A stretch of DNA of 64,000 nucleotides from Chrysomallon squamiferum (taxonomy: Eukaryota; Animalia; Mollusca). Below the pieces are notes generated by a model that saw only the letters and a list, made by a program, of their open reading frames with translations, searched no databases and was not told where the DNA came from. A program made the translations under genes and the position numbers. Location of the stretch: NCBI GenBank assembly GCA_012295275.1, contig CM022673.1, forward strand, positions 25,110,001-25,174,000. Reading direction: 5' to 3'. Of this stretch, positions 41,185 through 55,740 are shown in pieces (the first letter of the stretch is position 1; each line of letters opens with the position of its first letter).

Positions 41185-42228
41185 TTTGTGTGCGTGTGTG
41201 AATATTTATATATGTTTGTATAGATATTAATAAATTAGACAGCAGCGTAAAATTATTGCGGTTTATATAAATGCTATGCCTATAGTTCAAAATAATCTTC
41301 TTTGATTTTTGTTCATACAGCTTCCCGATTCGAGTTTTGGTTTCTAGGCAACTTCCGTGGTTACAACAAAGAGCTTGACGTGGTGACGTTTCCGAGCGGT
41401 AACACGCTGCACAAACAAGAGATGTGGCGAGTGTGGGAGAAAGGTTACGTCAATGCCATTTTCGATTTTGCCGAATCTCTGAAAAAATTAAATCTTTCCC
41501 CTGACGAATATGTGCTGATCAAGAGCATCTGTGTTTTGTTTAGTGGTAAGTTTCTGAAGTGCAAACCACTTTATAAAGTTATATTTTCAATTGCGTTTAA
41601 ATCACTGAAGTAACCAGGGGCGTATTAACGCATGGCTGGGTCTGCAACCTTTCGGGGATTTCCGGCCATTTTCGGCTCTTCAATCTTTTATCCCATTCCA
41701 CCAGTGCCTCAGGAAAATAGATTTCAGCCTAGACAGCCTTGATAATGATACGATCCTGTTCCCAGCATAAGAGTCTGTACTAAATATGTATATTTATATA
41801 ATATATATAATATCATTTATCAAAGAAACTAGTATATAATCAGTGGAAACAAAGACATCAAAATAGAAACACATCACATTATTGTATCAATACAGATATA
41901 AACAAAATATTCTTTTCGTAAGTATTGAATTGTCAGTATTAATTGTCGGGCACACTAGTAGTGTTTTTTATTATTATTTATTTCCCCAGATCGGTGTGAC
42001 TTGTCTAATCCAGAGAAGGTGGAGGACATGCAGTGGAAGGTGATCCAGTGTCTGATGTACATGCTGTACACCAATCACCCCAGCGAGCCGGGTCTGTTCG
42101 CTCGAATCATGGATCGACTCACCGCGCTGCGCGAACTCACAGACTGGAACCAAAAACTTTTCTGCAAAATCAAAGTTCTGCCGACGTTCCAGAAGAGTCC
42201 GCTGCTTATAGAAATTCTTACTTCTTGA
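36583..42228 (+). CDS. Nuclear receptor, NR1 subfamily (CEACKG P-box; resembles the lophotrochozoan NR1P-type expansion); 604 aa long form, or 542 aa from ATG 38532
   Basis: Exons 36583-36761, 38525-39083, 39466-39607, 40011-40252, 40740-40968, 41321-41545, 41990-42228, all phase-consistent. DBD [28 protein letters not shown]...CRYKKCLAVGMSK; hinge AIKTGRY; LBD signature FAKLIPGFSELSINDQSNLIK; AF-2 PLLIEIL. Confidence 0.93.
37670..37830 (+). promoter_or_regulatory. Putative internal (proximal) promoter of the nuclear receptor
   Basis: Full CRE TGACGTCA at 37684-37691, CCAAT at 37740-37744, and a CpG-rich patch inside the intron before the exon carrying the second ATG. Confidence 0.5.
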
Positions 42229-42678
42229 ATCTAGTATTTATAATGTTTCACCCAAATGGAAATGGAAAAGAAAAGTTAACTTCTGTCCTTTTTTTTTTTT
42301 GCTTTCGTTTTGTTGCTTTGATATCAGAGTGATTGGAAAGAAATAAAATGTTGTTCGTGTCACCCTGATATACAAGTGAAATAGACGGTTATAAAAAAAG
42401 AAAAAAAAAGAAAAAAAGAAAAGAAAGATGAAAGAAAGAAGCAAAAAAGATTCCTTTTTACTTTTTTATTTTTGATTCAGTATTAGGATTATTTAATAGA
42501 AGAGTGGACTGGATGAAAACCCGCTGTTTTCACAAAAGCGAAAACCAAATTTGTAAAATAAAAATGTAAATATATAATAATAATTAAAAAAAAGTAGCAC
42601 AAAAAGAAATTAAATTTAAAATTAAAATTATCTAATAATAATAATAATGAAGGCAGAGAAAGACTGGCAAATATAAAG

Positions 42679-42724
<46 letters not shown>

Positions 42725-42962
42725 CATCATCATACTATTATTGTTGTTCTTGTTGTTGTTAATATTATTATTATTATTGTGGTAAACTAAAAGTTTGCTA
42801 TTCGATAATTCCATTAAATTCGTGAATGTATCAAATACATGTACATAAAAGATATATACTTTCATTTAGCATGATATAGTGTTAAAAATATCCTTTCATG
42901 TTTTATTTTTATTTATTTATTTTTTTTTTTTTTTTATTTTTTTTTTTTTTTTGCTTTTTAAA

Positions 42963-43031
<69 letters not shown>

Positions 43032-45264
43032 TTTTTCTGAATCATCCAGGATTATTTTATTGACATCCTGCCAACGATAGTGCATTTTCATCTTCATTGT
43101 GTATAATCAAAACCAGTGACCACAACTGGTATAAAAATGTTTTATAATCAACAAATTATCTACTCAGTTTGCTAAACGAAAGGTGAGTGAACAGTTAGCA
43201 AAGCTTCATCATTTTTCACATTATCTACACATATCATCATCGTCATGAAATAACCAACATTTAACAAAAGACTCATTAAAATTATTGTTTAGTACCATGC
43301 ATTGTAAATAATTCTCCATTTAAAATAAATAAATAAATAAATAAATGTATTCGATTATAACTCTGTTTACCTCCTATCTTTTTAAAATGTGTGGAATTGA
43401 ATTTAATACCTAACTTCAAAAGATTTTTGTAACCATATGCCGAGTGGAATAGTATTTCGTTTGCAAAATTCTTAACTGTTCGATTTGTTATTCATTATTT
43501 CACATGTCCCGTACGATCTTCAACAGTATTTTCTCATAAACAGGATAGAAGCATTAATTCCTTACTTATTATAATGTAGTGTTGTTTTAAGTGGTGAAAA
43601 ATAAATGCCTAATCGAAAGTCTTGACTGTTTGTTCTATATTACTAAAGTTTTTTTGTTTTTTTTTTCTGGTCTATTCAGCCTAATAATGAAGAAGTCCCT
43701 TTCAAAAAGAGTTGTATGTACAGTGGACAAAAAAAACAAAAACATTCTGACTACTTTGTTAAATTAATAATTTTCGCACAGTAATCTATACGTTTTCTAA
43801 TTATGTTATTCAAAAAGAAAAACCCAACCAAAAATAAAAAAATAAAAATAAAAATAAGAATAATAAATAAATAATAATAAAATTAAATTAAAAAAAACAA
43901 AATAAAGAATTAAAAAACATTGTCATTGTGTATTTTTTGTTATCTTTGATTTTTTTTTTTTTTTTTAACTTTTGCATTATTAAAACATTTATAAATTTTT
44001 CACTTTATAAAGACATTTGAATAATTTATTTAGCACGAACGTCATTCATTTGTTTCATTAGAGTTTGGTCTTTAATATTTTTTTCTTTTAAGACAAATGT
44101 ATAATCTCACTTGTTTGCAATTACTAATCGTGTGTTCATTACAGTTTGAGCCTTATCATTGTTCGATTTTCTATATGATTAAACAAGTATTTGTAATAAA
44201 ATATAACATTTAGCAATGAAGTTTGTTGTTATTTTGTTGATAAAATTAACTACAGACCACTGCAATAGCTGGGAGCATATAATTAAAAATTATTATTTTT
44301 TTTGTTCATTTAAGAAGGATGGAAACAATATAATTTATCTAAGAAGAAGAACAACAACGTCAAAACAGTAAAAAAAATTAAAAACAAATAAAAAATACAA
44401 TTACGATAACATTTCGGCTGTATACTAAACATTAACTTAAAAATACAATTAAAAAACTGAAATTTTTGACCATATTTACGCAGAGATGATTTCTCGCTCT
44501 ATCTCTAACTCTCCTCATCTCATTCAGACACAGAAAAATAAAGATACGCACACACTCTCACATCTAACTTCAGGTCTCTCCATTATGAGATGAATATTTG
44601 TGCAACAACAAAAATAGCAAGGGTTTACTTCACTTACCTTTTTAAAATGTAAAACAGAAAGATTATCATGACGTCATAAAATGATATTACGTAAACTCAT
44701 TGTGTTACATTTTTCAATATCCGGTGTGAGAAATGGTACAGTTGTGTAATTATTAAAGCATGCATCAGTTTATTTACTAATGTATACTATTTATTAATTA
44801 AGACATCATTATAAAAGATCCCAGAGATTAAGTAAGAACAGCGAGTAAGCAAGAACAATAAAATAAAATAAAATAAAATAAAATAAATTAAGTTAAATTA
44901 ATAAACAAAGCAAAATAAAATGTAAATAAATATATCAAACTTATGTTAAAGATAAAGTAATGTTAATTCTTCTGTTTTCTTGTTTCAAGTGAAAATATTT
45001 AGTTTTGTTAATTTTTTGTTGTATTATTTGCTGCTTTTGTTTTAATTTCAACAGAGAAAACAATAATAGTTTCATTTAAATGTATGTTTTTGATGTTATT
45101 ATTAAAATAATTAATATAAATAATGTATGGTAGGAAATTGAGAATGAAGCATATTTGCAGGGATTTTAGCTCTTTCATTTTATTTATTTATTTATTATTA
45201 TTTTTTAAAATTATTAATGTAATGAAATATGCAGGTCTGGTTACTTCTCTCCTTTCTTTCTGTC

Positions 45265-45319
<55 letters not shown>

Positions 45320-45390
45320 CTGTTTATTTTTATTACTATTATTATTACTATTACTATTATTATTATTATATTATTACTATTATTATTATC

Positions 45391-45421
<31 letters not shown>

Positions 45422-46745
45422 GTACTACTTTTTTTGTTATTCATTAACATAATACATGTAATTATTAATTTAAATTTTATTATTATTTTTAATTATAATT
45501 ATTATTATTATATTTTTGTATGTTTGCATATTCAAAATAAACAAAACCTCTTTTTTTTTTTTAAATTTGTTTATTTTTATAATAATTATTTTAATAATTC
45601 AAGTTTATAAACACACCATTCTCTTCAGTAATCAATATATAATAATTTCATGATTTCAGAGCTTTGTCAGTAGCAGTAATATTATGATGTAATTTTCTTT
45701 GTTGCACTAAAATTCAGAAATATTTCAGTCAGATATAGGTTTTAAAATATTTTAGATGGTTTTTAAAAGCTTATTTAGTTAAGATGACAACTGCCTGTTT
45801 GATGTTTGTTTATATATATTCAATAAATTTTCACTGTCATACAAAACCAAAACTTAATTTTAAAATAATTCCACACACTATATTAACATAAACTAAAATT
45901 TAATAAACAAACACAATTATATTGTGTATAATTCCTTATATTATATGTATAATAGTATATTTTTGATAAAAAGCATCTGCAAATAGGAAACTACATCATT
46001 GACACAGTGTCCATCTTTCTGAACTGATTTAGACATATATGTAAAATGACTTTCAATTGTTCCAAGATCTACATAAAGATTAGTTATTTTACTCTTTATG
46101 TCCTTAAAACTAAATCCATACTAAATATAAATATGAATTTCTTTTTTCTGTTTCAGTTTTACTTGAAATAAACCAAATATTTGGTTTCTAAGAAGACAAA
46201 TATATTGACTCTTTAATTATCAGTAAAAAAGAATAATTTTAAATCGAAATCTAAATCACAGTGTAAGGAGCTGTGTAAAAATATTATTAAATTAAGTGTG
46301 TGTCAAAAATGTCAACAGAAGTCAATATTACAGATGTCTAATATATAAAGTATTTGGTAACTGTCTCTTGAAACACTGAATCTAGCTGTCTGGTGATGAC
46401 TGCCACAGCCTGTGTTGAAGTTATAATATTTTAAAACTGCTTTTACTCTGACTCAGAAGAATCTCATATCTGTCTTTCTTTGGTGTCTGATCCTGTTTTT
46501 TGAAAGGAACCTTTGGACTTTGTTTATTTTAAATATAATGATAACTCTCATACACTCTGATTATCTCTCTGTCTGTCACGTACAAATACTTACTCTCTCT
46601 CACACACACACACACACACACCCAGATATCCTTCTTCATAACACACTTTCATGTACACATATACATATGCACACCACCAAACACAGATATCTTACACACT
46701 GATACATACACACAGGCACATATACACTCTTTATATACATCTGTT

Positions 46746-47516
46746 TTAACCATTCTGAGATCTTCCACACACTGAATTTGCTCTCAGGTCAGATACTGGA
46801 CCAGGTGATGTTGCAGATGATGTTGCAGATGAAATGCCGTCACAGATGAGATGTCTGATTTCATTTTCACAAGATCTTCGAACAAGAGATGGATCGTGTG
46901 TTCTTTCTTGTCCTCTGACCACTAGACCAGCTGTAAGGACGTCTGTCTGATTCGTACCCACAATGTTGAAATACGTGACATGTCTTTGGAACAATGGAGC
47001 TATTTCATCAGAGTCTCCAAAAGCTTCAGTCAAACCCGAGTGACTGTTGTTGACACCTGTCCCACATGTTGACACATAATATCTCTGTTGTCTGATGTTC
47101 TGATCTGTACTGTGACTGTCGGACTCTGTCGGTTGATGTGTGTCAGATGGTGTCGGAGATCTGATGTTGTGGAAAATGCTTGTGAAGACTGTCTTACAAA
47201 GGGGACACTCTGGTTTGATGGCTGACCACTGTTCAATGCAAGTGAAACAAAACAAGTGAGGACAGCTATCAGTCTTTGATTTATCAGTCAGAGGTCCCAG
47301 ACAAATTGGGCATTTCTGTTCTTTGCTAGAATTTTCGGTGCTGTTTTGAGATGGTGCTGAGTCAGTCTCTGATTTGTTACATTTTGAGTTGGATTCTCCA
47401 CCCGATTCCTTCTGCTTCTCTGTTTTTTCCATTTTCCCTGGTGTAAACAGACTGCTGCTTGCATCAAGTTCTTCATTCCATAATTTATGCTTTTCATATC
47501 TTGACTTCTGTTCCAT
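46746..47516 (-). CDS. C3HC4 RING-finger protein with a TOPORS-like RING, 256 aa
   Basis: CPICLGPLTDKSKTDSCPHLFCFTCIEQWSAIKPECPLCKTVFTSIFHNIRS matches the TOPORS-type RING, including the F.SIFH.IR tail. The remainder is not recognisable. Confidence 0.8.
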   Translation of the reverse strand: MEQKSRYEKHKLWNEELDASSSLFTPGKMEKTEKQKESGGESNSKCNKSETDSAPSQNSTENSSKEQKCPICLGPLTDKSKTDSCPHLFCFTCIEQWSAIKPECPLCKTVFTSIFHNIRSPTPSDTHQPTESDSHSTDQNIRQQRYYVSTCGTGVNNSHSGLTEAFGDSDEIAPLFQRHVTYFNIVGTNQTDVLTAGLVVRGQERTHDPSLVRRSCENEIRHLICDGISSATSSATSPGPVSDLRANSVCGRSQNG

Positions 47517-47887
47517 TATGAAGCTTCAATAAAATTAAATTTAAAAATAAGAATAAATTAAGTATGTTTTCTTCTTCTTCTTTTTTTTTTAAAAAATATT
47601 CTTGTGTTGTGTTTTGCATTTGTAATGTTTTTGTAACTGTATTTTATTTTTTATCTGTTTTACAGCTGGTGAAAATATGTGATTTTTGCATTTATAAGCA
47701 AATATTATTCATTTTATTTTAACTATTATATTTTTAAAATTCAATTAACAATTAAAATTAAATATTCTCATTTAAATCAAGCAAAAATGAGTTACAAACC
47801 TGATCTTTAAATTTAATTTAATTTGAGTATTAATTCCTTTTTCATCTCAGAAAATAAATAAATTTTCCTTTCCTTTTTGTTTATTTA

Positions 47888-47938
<51 letters not shown>

Positions 47939-48185
47939 CCATTTATTTCCTGAGACTTCAACTAAAAAAATGAAGGTGTTGTATTTTGATTATAATAAAT
48001 GTAATTGTGAAGAAATCAATATATCAAATTACAAATACATGTATCATCATCTCTATCAATTAAAGAGTCAACGAAAACGAAAAGGGCCACAACTCTTATG
48101 AATTAAACATTTTATGAGATCGATGTTAAACACATCAGAGGGATTAAATCATCTTATTAACCAAATGGCTAATTGTTTTATTGTA

Positions 48186-48231
<46 letters not shown>

Positions 48232-48394
48232 TTGCAATTCACGATTTTGCTTGCGATGTAATATGCAGAAATAAGTTCAGTTAATTCATTTAAAATTTAC
48301 CGTCCGACAAACCACAAAATAACTTGTGATGTTTTATAGGAAGCTTTCTTTTTTTCTCTGTCTTTCTTTCTCTCTTTCTTTTTATTTATTTATT

Positions 48395-48451
<57 letters not shown>

Positions 48452-48975
48452 TTTTGGTTATGTGTTTATATATTCTAACAGTAATTTCAAAAGAACAAGC
48501 ATAGCAAAATTTCGCTAAAATGTTCTTATTTGAATTTATGAACACATCTTTTGAAGATAACGTATGTAACTGCAGATGTGCTATTAAATCTGTATTTATA
48601 CTGGATATTCACTTAAAACAAACCAAAAATATATAAACACAGCTGCTGTCTTTACCGTACGGTAATTTTTCTCCAATTGATGTAAAGCCTTTCATTTGAC
48701 TTTTTTGTAATCCTAATAGTAATTCAACAAGTAAGTGAAATGACGTTATGAAGGAAATACGAGTTAGCTGAAGACTACGCATATGACGAGTAATCAGTTA
48801 GCTCATTTCCGGTCGATACTTGTGTGAAACTGAAAATAGAATTATAGAAATATTTTAAAGACAAGCTAAACATATATTTTGAAGACAAAAGGCGTGATTA
48901 TTAATAACGTCTATACATGTGATCACATCGCAAAAATAAAAAATACATATATTTATATTTGGAAAATAAAAATAG

Positions 48976-49048
48976 CGCCCAACGTGGGGCTCGAACCCAC
49001 GACCCCGAGATTAAGAGTCTCGTGCTCTACCGACTGAGCTAGCCGGGC
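48976..49048 (-). tRNA. tRNA-Lys(CTT)
   Basis: Minus strand GCCCGGCTAGCTCAGTCGGTAGAGCACGAGACTCTTAATCTCGGGGTCGTGGGTTCGAGCCCCACGTTGGGCG, 73 nt, full cloverleaf, intact A/B boxes, followed by a TTTTT Pol III terminator. Confidence 0.98.
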
Positions 49049-50938
49049 CAACGGTCTGATAGAGCGAAAAAACTGAGTACTATCATGAGATAGTCCATTT
49101 ATTGGCGCAATTTTCAATAAGGAGGTTTAAGGTTAATCTGTCGTCAAATGAGTTTCATTATTTGTTTTGTCGAAAAACTAAGAAAGTCTGAATTGCTGAC
49201 ACTGGTGTATACTGTGTCACACAATAATACTAAAATGTTACGGGTAATGGAGTCTAGTTTAATAGTCAAGACGCAAGCCCCGGAAGCGCTTGCTTATGTA
49301 ATTCATTTTGAAACTATAAATTGTAAACATATTTTAAATTTATTATCATTATTATTATTACAACATCTTAGGAAAAATATTCAACATCTTAATAAAAACA
49401 CACACACAAAAAAAAAAAAAATAATAATAATAATAATGCATTAAGCAAACAAACAAATAAATAAATAAATGTTTGTTTTTAGATGTTTATTTTTTAGGTT
49501 CAAATGTTTTATTACACTATGATGAGTATGTTAATTTAAGATGTGTGTTAAATTTAATTGCTGTTCTGATCGAGATTATGCTCAACTGCGGTAGAAGCAG
49601 TAATGGTACTCTCAAAGGCCCCTGATCCATTGGTTGTCAAACAAGACGTCATTGATATTTTAATTTCTCAAACTGGTTTTCAAAACAAACAAAAAACCCA
49701 GAATTTTCTGCCACCTGTGGTTGCTATGGCGACGATGCGTGGCAATACCACGTCATTATATATTTTAATATTCAGTTCACAATGCTTCTCATTATTGCTG
49801 TATAAATAAATTAATAATAAAATCTGCCCATTCGCATTCAGTCTAGTATATCAAAAGGATGATTAAAATATTTTTAATTTGTCGCATTCATCTATAGACA
49901 AATGTTTTGAACTTTCCCTTATCTGCTATTTTCCATTTTACTCTTCTTTGTATGGTGTGCGATCCAAATTTAAACGAACAAGTAAACCAGTCAACCACCA
50001 GATATCTCAGAAAAAAACCCCACCCAAAACACAACTATAATCTATATAAATATCATCAAGGTTCAAAGAAAAATAAATTATAAATTGATCGTTTTATTCC
50101 ATACCAAATAAACAATTTATATAAGTCGCATGGCAGGTCGTGTTAATGATATTATAAAATGACGTCAATTAGTGATGTATACGGTATGACGCATTAGATC
50201 ATATTTTCTTATGGGGGAAAAGAAAAAGAAAAAAGAGACGGACTAAGGATTTAATACCCTTCCTAGATTTCCTATATGGTTGTCAAAAAATTCAAACGAG
50301 GCATACCACCTTTGTTACTATTTCTTGGATTACTTTCAATTGTTACATGAATGATTTTCAGTCTGTTTTGTAGAACGTTTTGTTAATAGCTGAATTTCAT
50401 GAGATCATTCACGTTTAAACAACAGCATCAAGCAGCATTAAAATGTTATAAAACTTTACTGCGACTTGAAAAACGATATGGTACAGTTTCTGTTAATAAG
50501 AAATCTTTCACTAATAAAAATGTTAGTAAATCTCTTAATATAAACATAGACAATAAGATTTTTTTTTTTATTATTATTATTATTATTTTTTTTTTTTTTT
50601 GTTAATATATTACCGCTTTCAATATTTTGACATAATCTTATCTTCTTTTGCTTGGTTTAATTGTTAGTATATTGTATTACTTTGGAAGTGCTGCTTTTAT
50701 AATTAATAGTAGTAGCAGCAATATTAAAAGTTCTAAATAGTCGGTAGTTTTAAATACAACTATATGAAAATAAGAATTACGTAACTATTACTTTCAAGTA
50801 AAGTCCATTCAAGTACAATGATGCCAATATAAAGGGAAGTAACTCTCTAGGAAAAACAATTAACTGCTCGATATTTTGAATCAGCTGATTCAAAGCGAAT
50901 AGACGTTTATTTACAAAACTTTATGAATTTTTTAAAAT

Positions 50939-51368
50939 ATGAATACATTAAGTCCTGGTAAGCAAATCTTCTGCTATAGATGGACAGTAACATATATTTA
51001 ATATTTAATTAATCAATTTGAACAGCAAAATTAATTAATTAAATAAATTTCCGTATTAATGTAAAGAGATTTCTTAAAATTTATTTTTGTTTTTATTTAT
51101 TTTAATTTTTGTTGTTTGTTTGTTGTTTGTTTTTGTTTATTTTGTTTTATTTATTTATTTTATTTATTTATTTTGTTTTGTTTTGTTTTATTTTGTTTTG
51201 TTTTGTTTCATTTTATTTTGTTTTGTTTTGTTTTGTTTCATTTTATTTTATTTATTTATTTATTGTGAATTTTTCCTACATTATTAGTTTTAAAAAAGTT
51301 ATAGATTTATCTTAACTAAGATTAATATTGCCTATCTGCCGCTTATATTAAACGAATATGTGTTTATG

Positions 51369-51408
<40 letters not shown>

Positions 51409-52072
51409 TACAAATGTGAAAAAATTAACGGTTCTATTAAAGAACATAGCGAATGCGATTCACAGTAATGTTTTCATGTTTTTCAGAATGCGTTCCATTA
51501 TATGGAATATCTAATGAAAACTGGCTTGGTTATGGTTGCACATTGAGTCCACAATTACTTCCAGGTAATTGTATCCATTCAGTACTACTATTGACAATAA
51601 TAACAAGGAGTTTCATAAAAAAAAAAAAAAAAACAAAACAAAAGAACACACACGTACGCACACATACAAAACTACCGTATTAAAGACAAACAAAAACTAT
51701 AATTAAATTTTCCTTAAAAAGGGAATAGTAATAACAAATAAATAATTTCTTAAAAGAATAGTACAGTTTTTTTCATAGTTATTTTTCCTTCTTCCAATAT
51801 TTCATTCATATCCAAAATACTGCATTCGTTCTTTTTCCCATTGTAGTTAATACCCCAAGTCTGGTTTGTTAATGGCTTGGTGTTTATTTTTCGGAAAATG
51901 GGAAGATTCAATATATAATTCATGATAATTAAAAAGTAAATTATGCATTACACCCCTTTTTAGCATTTGTTCACTAAGGGCCACACTAATTCAAGTAATT
52001 TAATCAATTATAATGGATATATATCTATACTGATCTCCATTTATTTTATATATTTTTTATATATTTTTTATA

Positions 52073-52107
<35 letters not shown>

Positions 52108-52459
52108 GTTATTGTTTGTGGTATTAGGCTTTAAACGGAGTTTTAAAACGTATTTTTAACATCATTTCAGTTTACAGTACGCATGAAGTACAGAATACGT
52201 CTACAGAAAATCAACATTCTTATGCAGTACAAGACTTTCAAGAATCCGGTTAGTATAAAGGTTAAAACAAAAACAAAAATATTTTTTTATTTTATACATT
52301 TTTTAAATTTTTATTATTTAAAAATAATAATAATAATAATAATAATAAAATAAAATAAATAAATAAATAAATAAATAAATAAATTCATAATTAATTAAAA
52401 TAAATAATAGCAACCATAAAAACATATCCGGTATTTTCCTATAACAAAATGATGATGAC

Positions 52460-52492
<33 letters not shown>

Positions 52493-54317
52493 AATAATAA
52501 TAAAATAACAACAACAACAACAACAACAGCAATAATGTGGAGTTATTATAACAGATCAGAATCGGAGTCAAATATATCCATATATCTGTCTGGCCATCTA
52601 TCTATTTCATTGTGTATCTATCTATTTATCTGTAAACAGAAACAAACACATACACACATAAAAGGAGACTCACATATATAATACATAATGTTGAATATGT
52701 CAGCGAAAAAATGATCACTGTTTAAATTAATCACATAAAATTCTCAAAGAAGTCGTTTATTTGATTCTGTGGCTACCGTAAACATATTTGTTATTTGTCT
52801 TCTATTCCTCTAATAATATTTATTTAACCTTTGCGTTCTAAGACTGTTTACCAGCCACAGATTTGCTGGGTAACCCTGTGCTCTTCCAGCAAGTGGAAAT
52901 GGATTCGAGTCTCCCTTGGATTCCCATTGGACGATCACTAAACAACCTGAGAAATATTGTCACAATGAACGAAGGTTTCTGTGCATCACCGACAACACAC
53001 ATCTGCATTACAAATCCCGTTCCAACCTTTTTCCAAAGCCTAACGGGAGACAGTAACATAATGAAACAGTGTGAATCAGAAATTCAAATAGAAGACCCGA
53101 GTCTCAGTCACATAGCAGGGCCATCGACCATGTGGTCGATGAATCTACCCGAGTCCTCGGTTTTACCGGTTTTACCGGACAGTACGGGTGTTCAGGACAC
53201 CGGCATTGATTTTTTAGACGAAGATCCTTTGATATTTTACTTATGCACGACTGAGGAAGGGACCGTCGTCAATCCAGATACAAGATCGGAACCGGACACA
53301 GTCGATGTTTCAGTGAACTGCTTTTACAAGACGGAATCTCCCGAAGATGTACCCGGCAGACAGCGTGATGTCGTGATGCCCTCGTTTGAACCAACGGAGG
53401 AGTCGAGCACTGATAACGACTTAGAGCTTCCTGGAGACATAACGAAGTTCACGTCACAGCTGACAGCCTCGTGTCAGATGGCATTGAAGTCTGTTGATCC
53501 TGAGGATGAATCCGAACCGGCATCCACTGAACAGACCACCGCAAACGAGCGGTCTGCTTGCCACAACGTACCGAACGCCGTATTCAACGTCGCAGTGACA
53601 AAAGCGGACAGAGCCGTGATGAGAACGGTCGATGCACACAACTTCAGGAATATGATGGTTGACTGGTTTTACGACAGAAGAAGCGGATCGTTTCGCAACA
53701 TGGCTCAAACGTCTAACATTTTAGTGGGACCTTCTTCGAACGTCTTGCCCAACCTCGAAAACATAGTCAAAATAGAATACATTTCAGACCCATCTCAGAT
53801 TGTTAACAAAATGCCACCCCCTTTGTTGTCCGTCTTCGAGGATATGGAATCGGTGCCTGGTATGGACAAGCCGCAGCAGTTCGACACAGCTGCTAAAATG
53901 CTTTCAGCCACAAAAGGCGTCTTGACGTCGGTGAGCGTACCTGAGCACGTTAAAGCCGTGATGGAAATGAAGCCGATACAGAGTTTCGACAGTTACCTCG
54001 ATGAACTGTCCGACGAGTTCCAGAGGGAGTCGTCTTCCACTTCTCTGGACGACCGTAAAGTAATCCTGGATGGAATTGCCAAACTGAGGCCTTCCAAACG
54101 CGATAAAGTTAATGCAGACGCTGCCGAAAGCAGCATTCCTTACCACAGAGCACGCAGACACAGAAATAATGGCAAAGCAGAAGATACTCGCTCGGAAATG
54201 TCTTGTACCAGAGAAAAGCGAAAATGTGATGATCGTCACGCCCAGGGGACAAATCCACCGTGTAAAGTCTTTAAGATTTCGAATCGAAAACGAACGTCTG
54301 ATAATCCAGATGATTAA
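50939..54317 (+). CDS. Uncharacterised acidic protein with a basic C-terminus, ~549 aa, 4 coding exons
   Basis: Exons 50939-50957, 51487-51564, 52171-52248 and 52843-54317 join in frame through three phase-1 GT-AG introns. The last exon is the GC-rich 484-aa ORF. No domain recognised. Confidence 0.75.
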
Positions 54318-54569
54318 CTTTTACTAAATTTTATTATTTTAATAATAGACTCTTTAAGATCACACGTTATGAAACCTATTATGCACTGAATGAAAAAGAT
54401 TAGCAGCTGTAATTTACAACGAAAATGGAAGGGATAGGATAATTAAATTTGGTGTTTTTGTCGTTTTAACCTGGCAGGAGAAATTATTCGAGAGAACTGA
54501 TTATCGGTCGCCTTTTAAAATACAAATTATGACGAAGATAATGATAATAATTTTAAAATTGATAATAAA

Positions 54570-54615
<46 letters not shown>

Positions 54616-55694
54616 TCAATGCTAACAAACATGGAAGTGAATTAGAATTAACAATCGCGAACAATCGTGTTTTTGATCATTCTTTTTACAACATTTTGAT
54701 TTTGTTCAATTATTATAACTGTTATTATGCTGTTAAATAAAACAAAATACGAAGACAAAAGATGAAAAGGGGACAGTCATATTGAAAAACATTTCTTTGA
54801 GAAATGACACCGCTGAACTGAAATGAAGATAATCTCTGATCCGTTAAGTATACCAGCTCACGTAACAACAGTCCACACAATCTCACCGAATAAACTGATG
54901 CTGTTGACAATTCTTCAGAAAAGCTTTAAAATAGAAAAACGTAAATAAGGTATCGTATAAATTTGTTCAGTTAATCACTGATTAGACATTCATATCTTAT
55001 TAAATGACTGAATTACTAGTGCAGATGTTCTGAACTATATAAAAGAGTTATTTTTTTACACTTAAATAAATGTATCGTACCGAGAGAATAAGGATAGACA
55101 TTGTGTGCACGCTTTTTGATTTCTGGAATATCAACCAGACGTGAATTTATTCCTGTTTAATTTTACTAGTAATTTACTCCTATGTTTATTTATTTTCTTA
55201 AACAGAGACTCTATTCCAATGATTGCAGATACAATATACCTCTGTACTGGGACCCAGAGAAATTTATATTTCAAGTCTTGACTCAGGTATAAGTACTGTT
55301 TTCTATGTTTCTATTTATTTGGTTGCAGTTAATCTGATTAGTGGAAGAAGATGTGCAGGTAGATGTGTTATAAAGTTTATATGATGATCTGTAAGTACGC
55401 CACCATCACAAGGCGGTGAAACAGAAGAAATAATACTTATATAAATTTTGTTTTATTATTATTTTTTATTTTTTATATTATTATTATTCCACCTAGGGCT
55501 CCATTTTCCGATGTTAAAAAAAAAAAAAAAAAAAAAAATAAAATAAAATAAAATCTTTCATCAGTTATGAATGATTACTCGACAAAGTTATCTAATTATT
55601 TTGAAATGTATGAATTATTTTTGTTCCACTATATGTATGTGCCTTTGTGTGTGGATGTTTATGTATAAGTGTGTATGTGGGTGTGGATGTTTTA

Positions 55695-55740
<46 letters not shown>

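Noticed and set aside
41616-41758. Small hAT-like element (CAGGGGCGTAT...ATACGATCCTG); similar starts at about 1125 and 32628
   Set aside because: Termini are imperfect and no target-site duplication is present; probably old remnants.
45123-45452. Poly-Tyr/Ile/Leu/Asn ORFs here and at similar sites (e.g. 26710, 36712, 42632, 51087, 55699)
   Set aside because: Translations of (TAT)n, (TTTA)n and (GT)n microsatellites.
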